A DNA stretch of 64,000 nucleotides from Trichoplax adhaerens (Eukaryota; Animalia; Placozoa): positions 340,374 to 404,373 of the forward strand of contig NW_002060958.1 in NCBI RefSeq assembly GCF_000150275.1, read 5' to 3'. Positions 26,951-40,152 of the stretch are shown here, in pieces. The notes beneath the pieces were generated by a model. That model was not told the DNA's origin, did no database searches, and saw only the letters and a program-made list of their open reading frames with translations. The number at the start of each line of letters is the position of its first letter. Within the stretch, counting starts at the first letter, position 1. The translations under genes were made by a program, and so were the position numbers.

Positions 26951-29900
26951 TAGCGTGCACCTTGATTACAGCTTAAACCAATAGACGGTAAAATATCTAA
27001 TAGACTGAAATTTAAATGTTGCCTGAGTTAAGCCTATCTGTAATGTAATTATTGAGGTGACAACCGTAAATCTAAGAAAAGCTCTTCAATTCCTTCAAAT
27101 TAGACAATATAAATATTAGCTCATGCTATCTATCGTAGTATCTTTGCAAAGAGTCATTGTACGGAAATAAATCAATTTACTTATAACAACTGCAATAAAC
27201 TTTTGAAAAGGTTCCAAACTTGTACGCCTATCGCTAATTTCGATCATGATCTGAAAGTGTACTTGTGTGAAACAATTTATTATGAGTGTTGTTGTCGTCT
27301 CTTATACGTATTAGCTAGAATATTGTTTACTGCAACAGGTTTATTGAATTACTATGTAACTAATAACAAACTACTTTCAATGAATTACTATAAAAATTAG
27401 AGTATAAGCATAATAGGTGATTCCTATGTCTTTCTATTAGATATTGTAACAAATAGATATTGAAACCAACTATCGAAACGTCTATAGGTAATTTGTGAAA
27501 ATCTACGTGCCTGAGGTACCGGTATATAAATAAAATATCAATTAGTAAAGTAGAACATAACTGGATCAAAGTCTTAATTAAATAGCAAGGAGAGTTCATT
27601 TCCTGAATAAGAATTGTCAATATCTTATAAACAAACTTCGCAAGTCTAGCTGTAGTAAAGAGTAGAAAAACATGCAGACTGTCTATAAATGTAGTCTACA
27701 AATATTTTTATTGAAGCGTACTTGTGTAATGAACATACATATCTTAATTTAGGTTACCTGTATCGTTTTAAATTTCAAATTTATCGACCAACTCGAGTCA
27801 TTTAAATGGGATCAATTGCATAATATATGGGCATGCTGGAATAAATGATTAATGTCATAGTAGATTTCACTTTACTTTGTGATTAATTTTACTACACCAA
27901 GTTCTAATACTCGTGCACTATGGAAATAGTTATTAAAAGATTACTTAATCTCTAGTAATATTACACTATCGTTAGACACTGTAAAAATAGGAAGTTCTTT
28001 TATTGTACAATATCCCTAAATGCATATACCATTGGTGTATAGAGTAGAAATATCAAAGCAAAATCTAGTTGGTATTGCTAGGCTTACCTGTCTGCGATTA
28101 ATTTCGGTTATAAAAGCGTAAATTAAATTTAGACAACGGATGCCCTATTTTATGATAACTTGCCACTATAATAGGTTAGTAAATACTATCTTTTCTACAA
28201 GTATGTTATTACAGCGACTAATGACGATGATTCCTGCAATCATTCATACTGAAGCTGAAATTGCTTTAGCAATGCTTGCTTCTACTTGGCTACTTGACAG
28301 CATTCGTAATTTTGCATACACGAGCTACTTAAAAAGTCGAATTCTTCTAGAATAGATTTTTGACAACGCTCAAATATCATGATGACTTTATTTTATTAGT
28401 ATAATCTTACACCCTAAAACAAATATAAGAAGAATAGAGTATAACATAGATGATACAAACATAACTATTTAAGTATTAAGATTACTATACTACGTACTTA
28501 TATAGCTTACAATAACGACAAGAAATAAAAATAATTCCCTATCAACTAATGATAAACAACATATAAATCTACGTAGTAAGATGTTAATCTATATTAACAT
28601 AAGAAAGCGTCTTAATGGTTTGTGGTATTCTCGGTTGTATGCTTGTATTATCTTACAGCCATACATATTGTCTGAGAAATAGGTTGAAATTCGATTCCTC
28701 GCTTAAAAAATATTTTATAACCTCGTCTATATTGAGTAATGTTAAGAATTAAGATCTTATCGATTGTTTCTTTATCGATCTCTAAAATTTTGGAACTTTT
28801 TAAGGATAGATATGAAACTAAATAGACGATTGAGGCATGGGTAATACTCGAATTAAGCGATGAAAATGTATGAAATCTATAAACGAGATCGAACGTAACA
28901 ATATAATGTACGAATAGACCTGTTATGATAAAAATGTAAAATGCTACTTGTAGCTGACTAATTGATATCTTAGGTGTGTAATACTTGAGATAGTTGTATA
29001 ATTCTGCAGGAATACCAGTGCATGGATGAGTTCTACTTTCATATATATCGTAGTAGGTTTGACATAGTTTAGCTTGGAAATAATGAGAACCGTTGTTGCC
29101 TAAGTGAGCTTGGATTTTCTCTTTGAGTATGTTATGTCCGTCGTTAAAAGTACATTTTACACAACCGAAGCCACATTGCAATAATTTGACTGTAACTTTA
29201 TTACTGTCTGACTCAATATATGAGTATTGAAAAACGATGCTCGAAGTACCATTAATTGCGTGATGGTGGTCATCTCTTAGACTTCGTTTAATGTAATCCA
29301 CAATACTAAGTTTGATAGTTTCTTCATTTAACATTTCTGGGGTATCAATTTCTACGTCATTGATACTGCCAGTTTGAGTGATGATAAAATCGACTCGCAA
29401 AATACCTTGCTTACTATCCAAGATTGTTTGAATATTTTCTTCTATTCTTGGCTTTACATCAATAATTCTTTGACATATAAGAGGACCTCGATCAGAGTAA
29501 GCGCTCAATAACAAATAGATAAAATGCACGTATGGAATTACAATAATAATAATTTCATTGAAATAGCTAGAAAATGCGAAAATAAATGTTATAACAGTAA
29601 TAGCGATTCTAGAAATCAATTGTAAACCGCAAGCTAATAGGGATGCAGTAAAAAAGACAAAAAAGAGTGAGTAGAACGTCATAAAGGCTAATACGAGAGG
29701 ATGTATTAAAGGCCAATTTGTTATCTTGGGAAGTAAATTTCGTTTTAATTTGAATGTTAATACTTCAGAAATAAAAAGTAAAGCTCGTAAAAGTCCAATA
29801 AGTCCAAATATGCAAAATGGCAAGCAGATTATAAATGTTAAGAGATCTTTGATAAATTGAAATAGTTGTAGAGAAAGTAAATGGTGTTTCATATCGACAA

Positions 29901-31853
29901 GAATGATGTTAATTTGGTGATAGGACTGTCGCTCATAACTTGGCGTTAAGTACATTTGTCTAGTTAGTAGCTCTTGATCATTGTCGTCAATTTGGTTATA
30001 CGAATTATTTGAATCACTGGTCAATACCTGTTTCAAATGAGCTAAACTTAAAATCAATATGTATGGCCCGCAACATACTGCTATAATAAATCCTATATCT
30101 TTAACGTCATGAAGTTTATCCATTTTATGAAATCGAGGTTTAAAAAAAAAATGCATTGAATTTCGTTGCAAAAGAAGAGAAAGAAATCCCAATCCCGAAG
30201 ATAGAATAACCAGTAATAAGAATATAATACAATGACTAATTTCTAGCCAATGGTAGTTAGTAGTATAGTCGGAAAAATGGAAATAGTTAACATTTTGAAA
30301 GTGTAACGTATCTAAGATACGAACCTTGACCATTTTCGTAAGATTTGTTGAATTTGGTAACATACTATCACTACGCTGGAGGTATGTTTCCCCGATTTGG
30401 TGAGACGATCCAGGCGATGATTGATAAGTTTCTTCTTGAATCAATCCTTGATGCGAATTATTAGTTTGTAGTAGGTTTAATGAATGATCTTGACTCTCGT
30501 CAGAGGTAAGATGAGATTTATGTTCGCAATATCTATTGAAGGAAGATTTTATTCGGGTTATGTGCTACATATACTGTAATAACACTTTGGATCTGAACTA
30601 GGTATGGACTGTAACTGTAAAAAATTAACATTTCTATTTTGAGAAAACAAGTTTAGTTTGCGCTGGGTACTGAACATTGATGTAATTAGTTGGAATGCTT
30701 CTGAATAGATAAACAATAAATAATAGATTGCTTATAGACCGATAATACATAAAGTTCGTTACTGAATTTAAGGTTAACTTTCTACCGCTTTGTAAAATTT
30801 GTGACTTACCGATAATTACCTAATTCTTTCAAGAAGTTGTTAATAAGTTTATCTAACATAGTAACAGCTATAAGGGAACTGATTATTATGGAAATTATTT
30901 GTACCATACGACCTGTCAATTTCTGTTTCCCTAGAATTAGGCATGTACTAATGTTAATTTTTGCAGCAACTATTTCTCTGTTACAGCATGAATAAGGTAT
31001 AGGATGATGTAAAAGTTCCTGTTTTCTATTAAAGCGTCGCCAAAATATTGTAGGACAATATCTACCAAAACAACCTCCACTTGAGTTTGTAAATTTTAAT
31101 AATGCCTCAAAAATGATATACTTTCTTTTGGAATCACTTGTTAGTCGAGCATAGCAACCTCGGCTTGATTCAATAAGATTTAAACTCTGTCGATGTACGA
31201 AAACTGAATATAGACTTAAGCTTGTAGCAATATAATCGACCGGTAAAGAAATCAGAGCCCAACTAAAATCGTCTTTAACCCAGCCATAGAAGTCATAATT
31301 TTTAGAATCGTTGTGTAGATTCTGACCATTTATTATCAGATTAAAATACACTATTTTAGTTTCTTTTGCTTCGATTTTTTGTCGAAATAGGGCATAATGA
31401 TGTGTATCATCATACACACTTAGAGAGCATTTGGAAGTGTTAAAAGACTTCTGTATCACTTGATCGGATGAATTTATAGACGCTGCTTGGATCAAGCAAA
31501 CGACAAATACTACATAATGAAGAGATCGATTTCTAAACAAACCTAAAGTCATCGTCCTGTAAGATATAATTGAATAATATATTCACATTACTTTAGTGTT
31601 CTGATATAATTACAATAAAGAATTATTACGTGTTAGAATTTTGTGTGCTTTTACTACAATATTAGCGATTACAAAATTAGCATTTCGTCGTATTTACTCT
31701 AAATGTCTACGCCTAAGTCTATTCGATCATTATAGGTATCTATTTATTCGCTAAATACAAGCCAGCTACAGTAAGAGATTTTAATGTCCCTAAAAATAAA
31801 ATTAGAGGCAATCCGTAGAAGATAATGCGTAAGATTTGGAGAATGCAACATTA
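26951..31853. repeat. Left arm of a ~5-kb near-identical inverted duplication (partner 39852-45123)
   Basis: Reverse-complement match from TAGCGTGCACCTTG (26951) to GAATGCAACATTA (31853). Spurious ORFs 28140-28355 and 43380-43595 are identical. Confidence 0.95.
28648..31552 (-). CDS. Uncharacterised multi-pass membrane protein, cluster copy A (~875 aa; exons 30810-31552 and 28648-30532)
   Basis: Signal-peptide-like N-terminus, Cys-rich ectodomain with N-glycosylation sequons, and a phase-2 GTAAGT..TAG intron at 'YR'. About 8-9 hydrophobic segments, CGFGCVKC, and C-terminal YRRGYKIFFKRG. A 5'UTR intron ends 4 nt before the ATG, with its donor at ~32052. Confidence 0.9.
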
Positions 31854-33309
31854 TTAGCAAAGGTTACTCAGAATAACAGCTAGTGCACACTTAATTATGC
31901 ATTAAACTATCGAAAGATTTAACAATTGATATTGGAAATTATAAGTGAGTTACATATGGCACTAGAAATAACTACGTCGACGATTAAATTGTTATATCAG
32001 AAACAGATTTTTCAAAAATCTAAGACAAATATTAGATTTACTGTGAACTTACCTTCAATGTTACGATCAAGCTAACTTATAAAGGTCTTATTTCGCTCCT
32101 AGGACAATGATTTCTAAACTGTTTGAAATAACCAATTACGCAAGTTGAAATAGCAAAATGCCTAGAGATTTGATTATAAAACGCTGCAACACTTATTGAT
32201 TGATAATGAAGTTTATTCTCTTATTGGGAAGTAATAATTTTGTACTAAAAATTGATGTTAAATTTTGAATAATTGACAATCTGAAAGAGAAGATTTACCA
32301 AATATTGTCGTTGTACACGTCACTTACGATCTGCAAATAAGCAATGTTTTCTCTATCTACTATTTCTTAAGTGATATCTATATCTATCAACTGAAGTATT
32401 TAATTATTTATGCATAAAATAGTTTGTGATATCGTAATTTATGCAATGTTTGCATTTGTGTCATGCTGCGTCGAGAACGATAATAACAACAGTAATAATT
32501 ATTACAAAAATTGAGTAGCCGGTTTTACAGTGATATCGACGTTGGAATGAAGAAAACATCGACATTTTTTAATTTGATTCTATAGAGCTTTTACTAATAA
32601 ACTATAGTTAACAATATCGATCTAATGTTACTGCTGCCTTGCTGCACTATAGAGAAGTAAACACGTAGGGTAAGTGATGAGGTAGCCTTCTCCTTCTGTA
32701 GTAGATCTCTTAAAATCTCGACTATGAAGCTATAACAATAGTAATCAACAAGAAACTGCAACTACTTTTTCAATCATACTCTCATTTCATAAGCTTCGTA
32801 GAGCTAACTACTGTTAGTGATCCTAAAATTTAAACAACATTATCAACCTACCTATCAGTTGTAATCATTTTGGCATTCTGTAGTGATACACCTCATATTT
32901 GATTATAATGATAGCTATATTCGATATAGTTAGGTTTCTAAGAATAGATATTATTGTGATGCTAATATTAGATGATTAATAACTACTACATTAGAAATTG
33001 TCGATGACTAATGTAATGAAATGTAATATATAGAAATCAAGCTACAGAACTTTTAATAAATTTCGATTCAACCTTCGTGGCACTCTGGTCGACTAAACGA
33101 AACTTTGACACCCAATCAAATTGGGCAAACAACCGAACAACAATTTATTAAGTAAAATGTGAGACAGATAGACTAAACAACCTTCAAATATTTGATTCTA
33201 AATATTATTGGTAAAGAGATCAAAAAACGACAGAACTGAAACTGTCAACAACAAAACAACCTAACAAAAAGAAGAACGTTTTCACTTACAACAATTCTAT
33301 CCAAAATAG

Positions 33310-33508
33310 TTGGTCAATTGTGCGGCCATTCATGGGGATTGACTGAATGGCGGGCCGATTGCTCGGTTATTGATTGGATTGACCAAGTTCACGGTTAGTT
33401 GCTCGGCCAGTCATAGGGAATAGCTGAATTGCTCGGCCAGTCATAGGGAATAGCCGAATTGCTCGGTCATTCCCTGGGAATGATCGAGCAACGGGGATTG
33501 ACCGTAAC
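33310..33508. repeat. GC-richer insert with 30-bp tandem units and a 33-nt hairpin
   Basis: TTGCTCGGCCAGTCATAGGGAATAGC(T/C)GAA twice, then TTGCTCGGTCATTCCC-T-GGGAATGATCGAGCAA at 33459-33491. Confidence 0.7.
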
Positions 33509-33948
33509 AATATTATCGCTAAATCTAATTTAGTATATGCCTTTTTCTACTAGGCTGTTTGATTGCGTTATAATTGTATGTGCATCGGCTGCCTATTATG
33601 TCCAGTTTTTCGATAACACCTTTTTGATAAAGCAAGCTATCATGCCATAATGACTTTTATTTTAACAGCATTATCTTATAACTTACAGCAATTACAACAA
33701 AGAAATAAGCCTATCATGGATTGATCATTAATACCAATATAATAACTACGCGTATTTAAGTACCGTATTAACATGTCAAGTATAATGTTACTATACAGCT
33801 TATGTTAACGATAAAAGAAAAGATATTCGTCATCGACTAGGATGATAAAACATACACAACTATGTAGTAAGATGGTAAACTGTGTTAACTTAAGAAGGTG
33901 AATTAATACTTCACCGTATCCTCAGCTATTTGCTTATTTGTACGCGTA

Positions 33949-36888
33949 TTATCCTATAGCAATGCTTATTGCTTGAGAAATAGGTTGAAATTCGATTCCT
34001 CGTTTGAAAAATGTTTTATAACCTCGTCGATATTGAGTAATGTTAAGAATTAAGATCTTGTCGATTCTTTCTTTCTCGATCTCGAGTAGCTTGGAATATT
34101 TTAAAGATAGAAATGTAGCTAAATAGGCAATCGAAGTATTAGCAACAATCGAATTTAACGATGAAATTGAACGAAGTTTATAAACGAGAAAGATCGTAAC
34201 AGTATAAAAGAAGAATAGAGCTGTTACGATTAAAATGTTAAATGCTACTTGTAATTGACTAATTGATATCTCAGGCGTATAATGTTTCAGATAATCGTAT
34301 AATTCTGCAGGAATGCCAACGCTTTTATGAGCTCCATCTTCATATATATCGTAGTAGACTTGAGTTAATTTACTACGAAAGTAATAAGAATCTCTGTTTT
34401 GTAACTGAGTTTCTATTATCTCTGCGAGTGTACTATATCCGTTGTCGAAAGAGCATTTTACACAACCAAAGCCGCATTGCAATAATTTGACTGTAACTTT
34501 ATTATTGTCCGACATATTTTGGGAGTATTGAAAAATAATGCTCGAAGTTCCATTAACTGCATGATGATGGCTATCTCTAACACTTCTTCTGATACAAACC
34601 TTGATACAATCTTTGATAATTTCTTCATTTAAAATTTCTGGGATATCAATTTCTACATTACTAACATTGGCAACTTGAGTAATTATGAAATTGACTCGCA
34701 AAACACCTTGCTTACTATCCAAGATTGTTTGGATATTTTCTTCTATCCTAGATTTTACATCAATAATTCTTTGAGATATTAGAGGACCTCGAATAAAATA
34801 TGCACGTAATAATTGATAGATAAAATGCAAGTATGGTATCATAATAATAATAATTTGATTAAAATAGGCAGAAAACACAAAAATAAACGTTATGACAGTA
34901 ATGAAGATTCTAAGAATTAATTGTATACCGAACAATAATATTGTTGCAGCAGTAAGGACAAGTATCATAGAGTATAATGTCATTATTACTGACATAAGGA
35001 AATATGTTAAAGGCCAATTCCTTCTGTTGGGCAGTAAATTTCGTTTACATTTCAATGTTGATATTTCAAAAATAAAAAATAAAGCCCGTAAAAGCCCAAT
35101 GAGTCCAAGTATACAAAATGGCAAACAAGCTGTAAGTGTCAAGAGATCTTTGATAAATAGAAGTAGTTGTAGAGATAGTAAATGGTCTTTCATATCGACA
35201 AGAATGATTTTAATTTGGTGATAGGACTGTCGCTCATGACTTGGTGTTAAGTATATTTTTCTAGATAGTAGCTCTTGATCATTGGTACCATTTTGGTTAT
35301 ACAATTCTTTTGAATCTCTCGAACATATTTGTTTCAAAAGGCATACAATAAAGAAGACTGTGTATGGCCCATAGGCGCAAACTACTATATAACTTATTTC
35401 AGGTATGTTGTGAATTATCTCGCTTTTATTAAATTTGGGCGTAAAAATAAAATATGTTGAATTTCGTTGTACAAGAAGAGAAATAAATCCCAATCCACCG
35501 GACAGGATAACTAGTGATAATAGCTTAATAGAGTAACATATTTTTCGCCAATGATAATTGATAGCATAGTCGTAAAAATAGAGATAGTTAACATTTTGCG
35601 ACTGTAACGTATCTAAAATGCGAATCTTAACCATTTTCGGAAGATTTACTGAATTTGATAATATACGATTGCTGAATCTGCCATGCGTTCCACTAATTTG
35701 ATGAAATGATCTAAGCAATGATTGATGAATTTCTTCTTGATCTAATTCCTGACACGAATTATTAGTTGACTGGTTTAATCGATAATTTTGACTCTCATCT
35801 GAGGTCAAGTGAGATTCTTGTTGGAAATATCTAGAAGAAAAGAAATTTTACTGGGACTAAATGTTACATATACTGTAATAACACTTTAAATCTGAGTTAA
35901 TGGTGTCAAAAATCCAATATTAGATTGTAAGTACTGTAGTTGTAAGGGGTTAATATTTTATATTACGCGAAAAATAAGTTTTGTTTACGCTGGTACTGAA
36001 CATTGAAGTAAATAGTCGGGTTATTAAAAAAACAGATAGACAATAAACTATGAATTGCTTGTAGAATGATAATATATAAAATTTGTTATTCAATTTAAAG
36101 TTAAATTCATATCGCATTGTAAAATATGTGACTTACCGATAACTGCATAATTCTTTCAAGAACTTATTAATAAGTTTATCCAATACTACAGCGGCCATAG
36201 AGTAGCTAATCATCATGGAAATTATTCGCATAGCATGAACGTACCACAGTTGCTTTTTAGGTGTTAGGCATGTGCTAATGTTAATTTTGGGATTAATTGT
36301 TCTTCTGTTACAGCAAGAATACTTAACATTCCGATAAAAAAATCCATCTAATCTATTGAAGGATCGCAAACATATTGTAGAACAATCTTGACCATAACAA
36401 CCTTGATTTAAGTTTGTAAATTGTAGTAATGTTGTAAATACGATGTGCTGTCTTTGGGTATCATTTAGTTCATCATAACAACCTCGGGTTGATTCAATAA
36501 GATCTAAGCTTTGTTCAGACGTGAAAATTGAATATAGGTTTAAGCTTATAGCAATGTAATCGGTCGGCAAAGAAATCATAGCCATGCCAAGATCTTTTCT
36601 AACCAGACTATAAAAATCATGGTCATAGTAACGTTCGCTTATAGTACGTTGCTCTACAGTCTGATTATTTATAGTCAAATAAAAAAAAACTACTCGAGTT
36701 CTTTCTGATTGGATAATTTCTCGAAATAGGGCATGTTCAGATGCATTATCCTTCACAGTTAGAGAACAATTGGAATTATCAGAAAGTTCCTGTATGACTG
36801 GATCGGATAAATCACTATACACTGCTTGGATTAAGCAAGCAATAAACACCACATAATGAGATCGATTCCTAAGCAAATCTAAAGGCAT
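33949..36888 (-). CDS. Uncharacterised multi-pass membrane protein, copy B (~877 aa; exons 36137-36888 and 33949-35830)
   Basis: Same exon structure and motifs as copy A; the spliced frame is open. Confidence 0.9.
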
Positions 36889-37947
36889 CGTTCTATAGCA
36901 AATAATTGAATGAAATACATATGGATGTTACTTGTATGTTACGATTTAATTGCAGCGAAGAATGTTACCGTAATTGTCAGAATTTTGCGAGATTTTATTA
37001 GAATATTAACGATTACTACAACGAAATTTCGTCTCAGCCATCTAAAATGTCACGACCGCAAGTTAAACTTAAAAAAATCTTATTTATTTTCACGTTACTA
37101 ATGAGTAGCAACAAATAACAAATTGTCAACGAGCAACTTAATGAGTTATTCAAATTTAGCATAGGCCGAAGTCTTCTCTTTTTTTCTCTATCGTATCTCC
37201 TTTTTATACCATTACAGTTAATCGATCAATACTCTATATTTGTAAGGTAAGTTAATAAAACACGACAACAGTAAATATATTTTTAAAAATTAATCTCACG
37301 ACAGTAATTATCCCTGAAATGGTCAATATAACCAATAATAATCCCTAATATGGAAACCAATTGAACATAACATAAAATACTGTAAAATGGTGAACATAAC
37401 CACTAATAATCCCTAATATGGAAATCAATCTAACAGAACATAAAATATTTCTTTCTAAGCGTACTCAGTCATTATAGGTATCAATTTATTGCTAAATACT
37501 GGCCAGCTACAGTAAGAAATTTTAGCGCCACAAAATGAAATAAACGGAAGTTGCAGAAAATAATTTATAAAACTTAGAGAATATACTAGTATCAGCAAAA
37601 GTTACGCAAAGTAAAAGCTGATGCATAATGAAATATGCATTAAATAACCGAAAGAAGAGAAAATCCAAGTTGTAAAATTACATGTAAGTAATATTCAACA
37701 CTAGAAATTATAGGTTGATAATCAAATTGTCATATGAGGAATAAATGTATTTTCAAAACTCAAAGATATAAGCTAGATTTATTTTGGATTTACCTTCAAC
37801 GTTAAGATAGCGCTGGCCTATAAAGCTCTCATTTCACTCCTAATATGATTTTGGAATACTTATTTGTTTCAAGATCATATTAATCTTTATATGTGCTACT
37901 TAAAGCCCTTGGTGGTATCAGAAAATAAACAAGTGTTGGTATATAAT

Positions 37948-39401
37948 TCATCTTCGGTCTGAAAAATAAACCATATAATGACCGAATGACTAATTGATAT
38001 ATAAAATAGTTTATGATATCAGGATTTTGTGGAATACTTCAGTTCTTTGTGTCACGCCGCTCTGTGTACGGTAGGTTATGCAGTACGGAATTTTGCGTCA
38101 AGAAGGATTATGAAAATTATAGTAATTATTTGCAATAATATCGAGGTTGAGATATAAAGAATATCTTTACTTTTTGCAAAATCGGATTAGCTAGAGCTTC
38201 TATTATGTAGGATTAAACTACAGTTTAAATCATCCGTCTAAAATGAAGCTGCTACCTTGCGTTACTACACTAAAGAGAATTAACAATAGCTGACAATTGA
38301 TCAGGTAGCCTTCTTCTCTAGTTGATCTAGTCACGACTTTAATGCGAAGCTAAACCATAAATTAATTCAAAGAGACTAAAACTACTATTTTCAATCACAC
38401 CATTATTTATAATTTAAGTTTTGCTGGGCTAGCAACTACTACGGATCCTAAAATTCAAACGAGGTTATCGATCTATCACTTGCAATTATTTTAGTAATCA
38501 CGTTCATAAAAAAGTTTTCACGCAGTCCAAGTAAGTTACACTTTAAAATATCTTTATAATTGCTTAAGAACTAATAAAATCACTACAAAATAGTTATCCT
38601 TTCTAGTTTGACTAATGTTACTGTCAAAGAGCTCCTGTAATAAGTGACCTTTAATCATCAAGGTTCATTTCATTAAAACAATAATCAAAGCCTTATTAAA
38701 CAAAACAACAGCTAATTTTCCGCATCTTAATATCACATCAAAAACAAAAACAGAAACTTTACTAGATCCAAATTTCTAATATAGAAGGAATTCTTACAAG
38801 CAATTGGAGCATTAAGTTATCAAATTAAGCGTTTAAATGTAGAGGGTACAATATCGGTGCAATATTAACTTTGCTATAAAGTCCATTCTAGGAGGAAAGG
38901 CTTAGCTACAATCAAAGATACTTTCTATAAATTCTAAAGGATAGTCTTTTTGCAAACTTACGCTCACTCTGGCATAGCCAAAGATACCGAAATCAATTAT
39001 CGGGAAGACAATAAATTTTATGGAATTTCTTTACATTAAAGCATTACTAGATGAAAATTTGAGGGTCCCAAACAGGTGAATAAAAAATATAGTAACACAC
39101 GGTAGATTTTGGACAGATAATTTTAACTGTAGTTTAATCCTACATAATAGAAGCTCTAGCTGATTCGATTTTGCAAAAATAAAGATATTCTTTATATCTC
39201 AACCTCGATATTACTGCAAAATAATTACTATAATTTTCATAATCCTTCTTGATGCAAAATTCCGTACTACATAACCTACCGTACATGAAGCGGCGTGCCA
39301 CAAAGAACTCAAGCATTCCACAAAATCATGATATCACAAACTATTTTATATATTAATTAGTCATTCGGTCATTATATTGTTTATTTTTAGACCGAAAATG
39401 A
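37948..39401. repeat. ~300-bp inverted repeat pair (37948-38244 and 39106-39401) of the copy-B upstream region
   Basis: TTCGGTCTGAAAAATAAAC...GATTAAACTACAGTT matches the reverse complement at 39106-39401 with scattered substitutions; spacer ~860 bp. Confidence 0.9.
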
Positions 39402-39760
39402 CTTATACAATGATAATATTTAATGGCAAAGGTTGTGTTCATTTCTTAAGTAACTAGATTGTTATTTTTATGATTAAATCTTGATGTTTAAAGATTAATT
39501 TTTAGACTTTTATAATGTATCAATGACGTAGAATTATATTAGAAGTGAAGCTTGATGTTTTTATAGTTAAGTTTGTTGGTTTTATAGTGTTTTGTAAGGG
39601 AATCATAAGGTAAATTGTGTCTGAACTTTGAACGATTTTTTTCTTAAGCGGTGCAAAGTAGTTCTCTAAAATGGATCTTAAGAGTGATTGGTCAATAAAT
39701 GTTTAGTTTTAAATACCACCGCGGGCTCTACGAAGTCTATAAATAATAGGCAATCAAAAA

Positions 39761-39851
39761 NNNNNNNNNNNNNNNNNNNNNNNNNNNNNNNNNNNNNNNN
39801 NNNNNNNNNNNNNNNNNNNNNNNNNNNNNNNNNNNNNNNNNNNNNNNNNNN
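39761..39851. other. Assembly gap (91 N)
   Basis: Run of N. Confidence 1.
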
Positions 39852-40152
39852 TAATGTTGCATTCTCCAAATCTTACGCATTATCTTCTACGGATTGCCTC
39901 TAATTTTATTTTTAGGGACATTAAAATCTCTTACTGTAGCTGGCTTGTATTTAGCGAATAAATAGATACCTATAATGATCGAATAGACTTAGGCGTAGAC
40001 ATTTAGAGTAAATACGACGAAATGCTAATTTTGTAATCGCTAATATTGTAGTAAAAGCACACAAAATTCTAACACGTAATAATTCTTTATTGTAATTATA
40101 TCAGAACACTAAAGTAATGTGAATATATTATTCAATTATATCTTACAGGACG

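Noticed and set aside
27203-28355. Small ORFs 'conserved' at 43380-44737
   Set aside because: Their identity is due only to the recent inverted duplication; the homologous flank at ~48.9 kb does not keep the frame
39678-39903. ORFs spanning the N run
   Set aside because: Artefacts of the assembly gap
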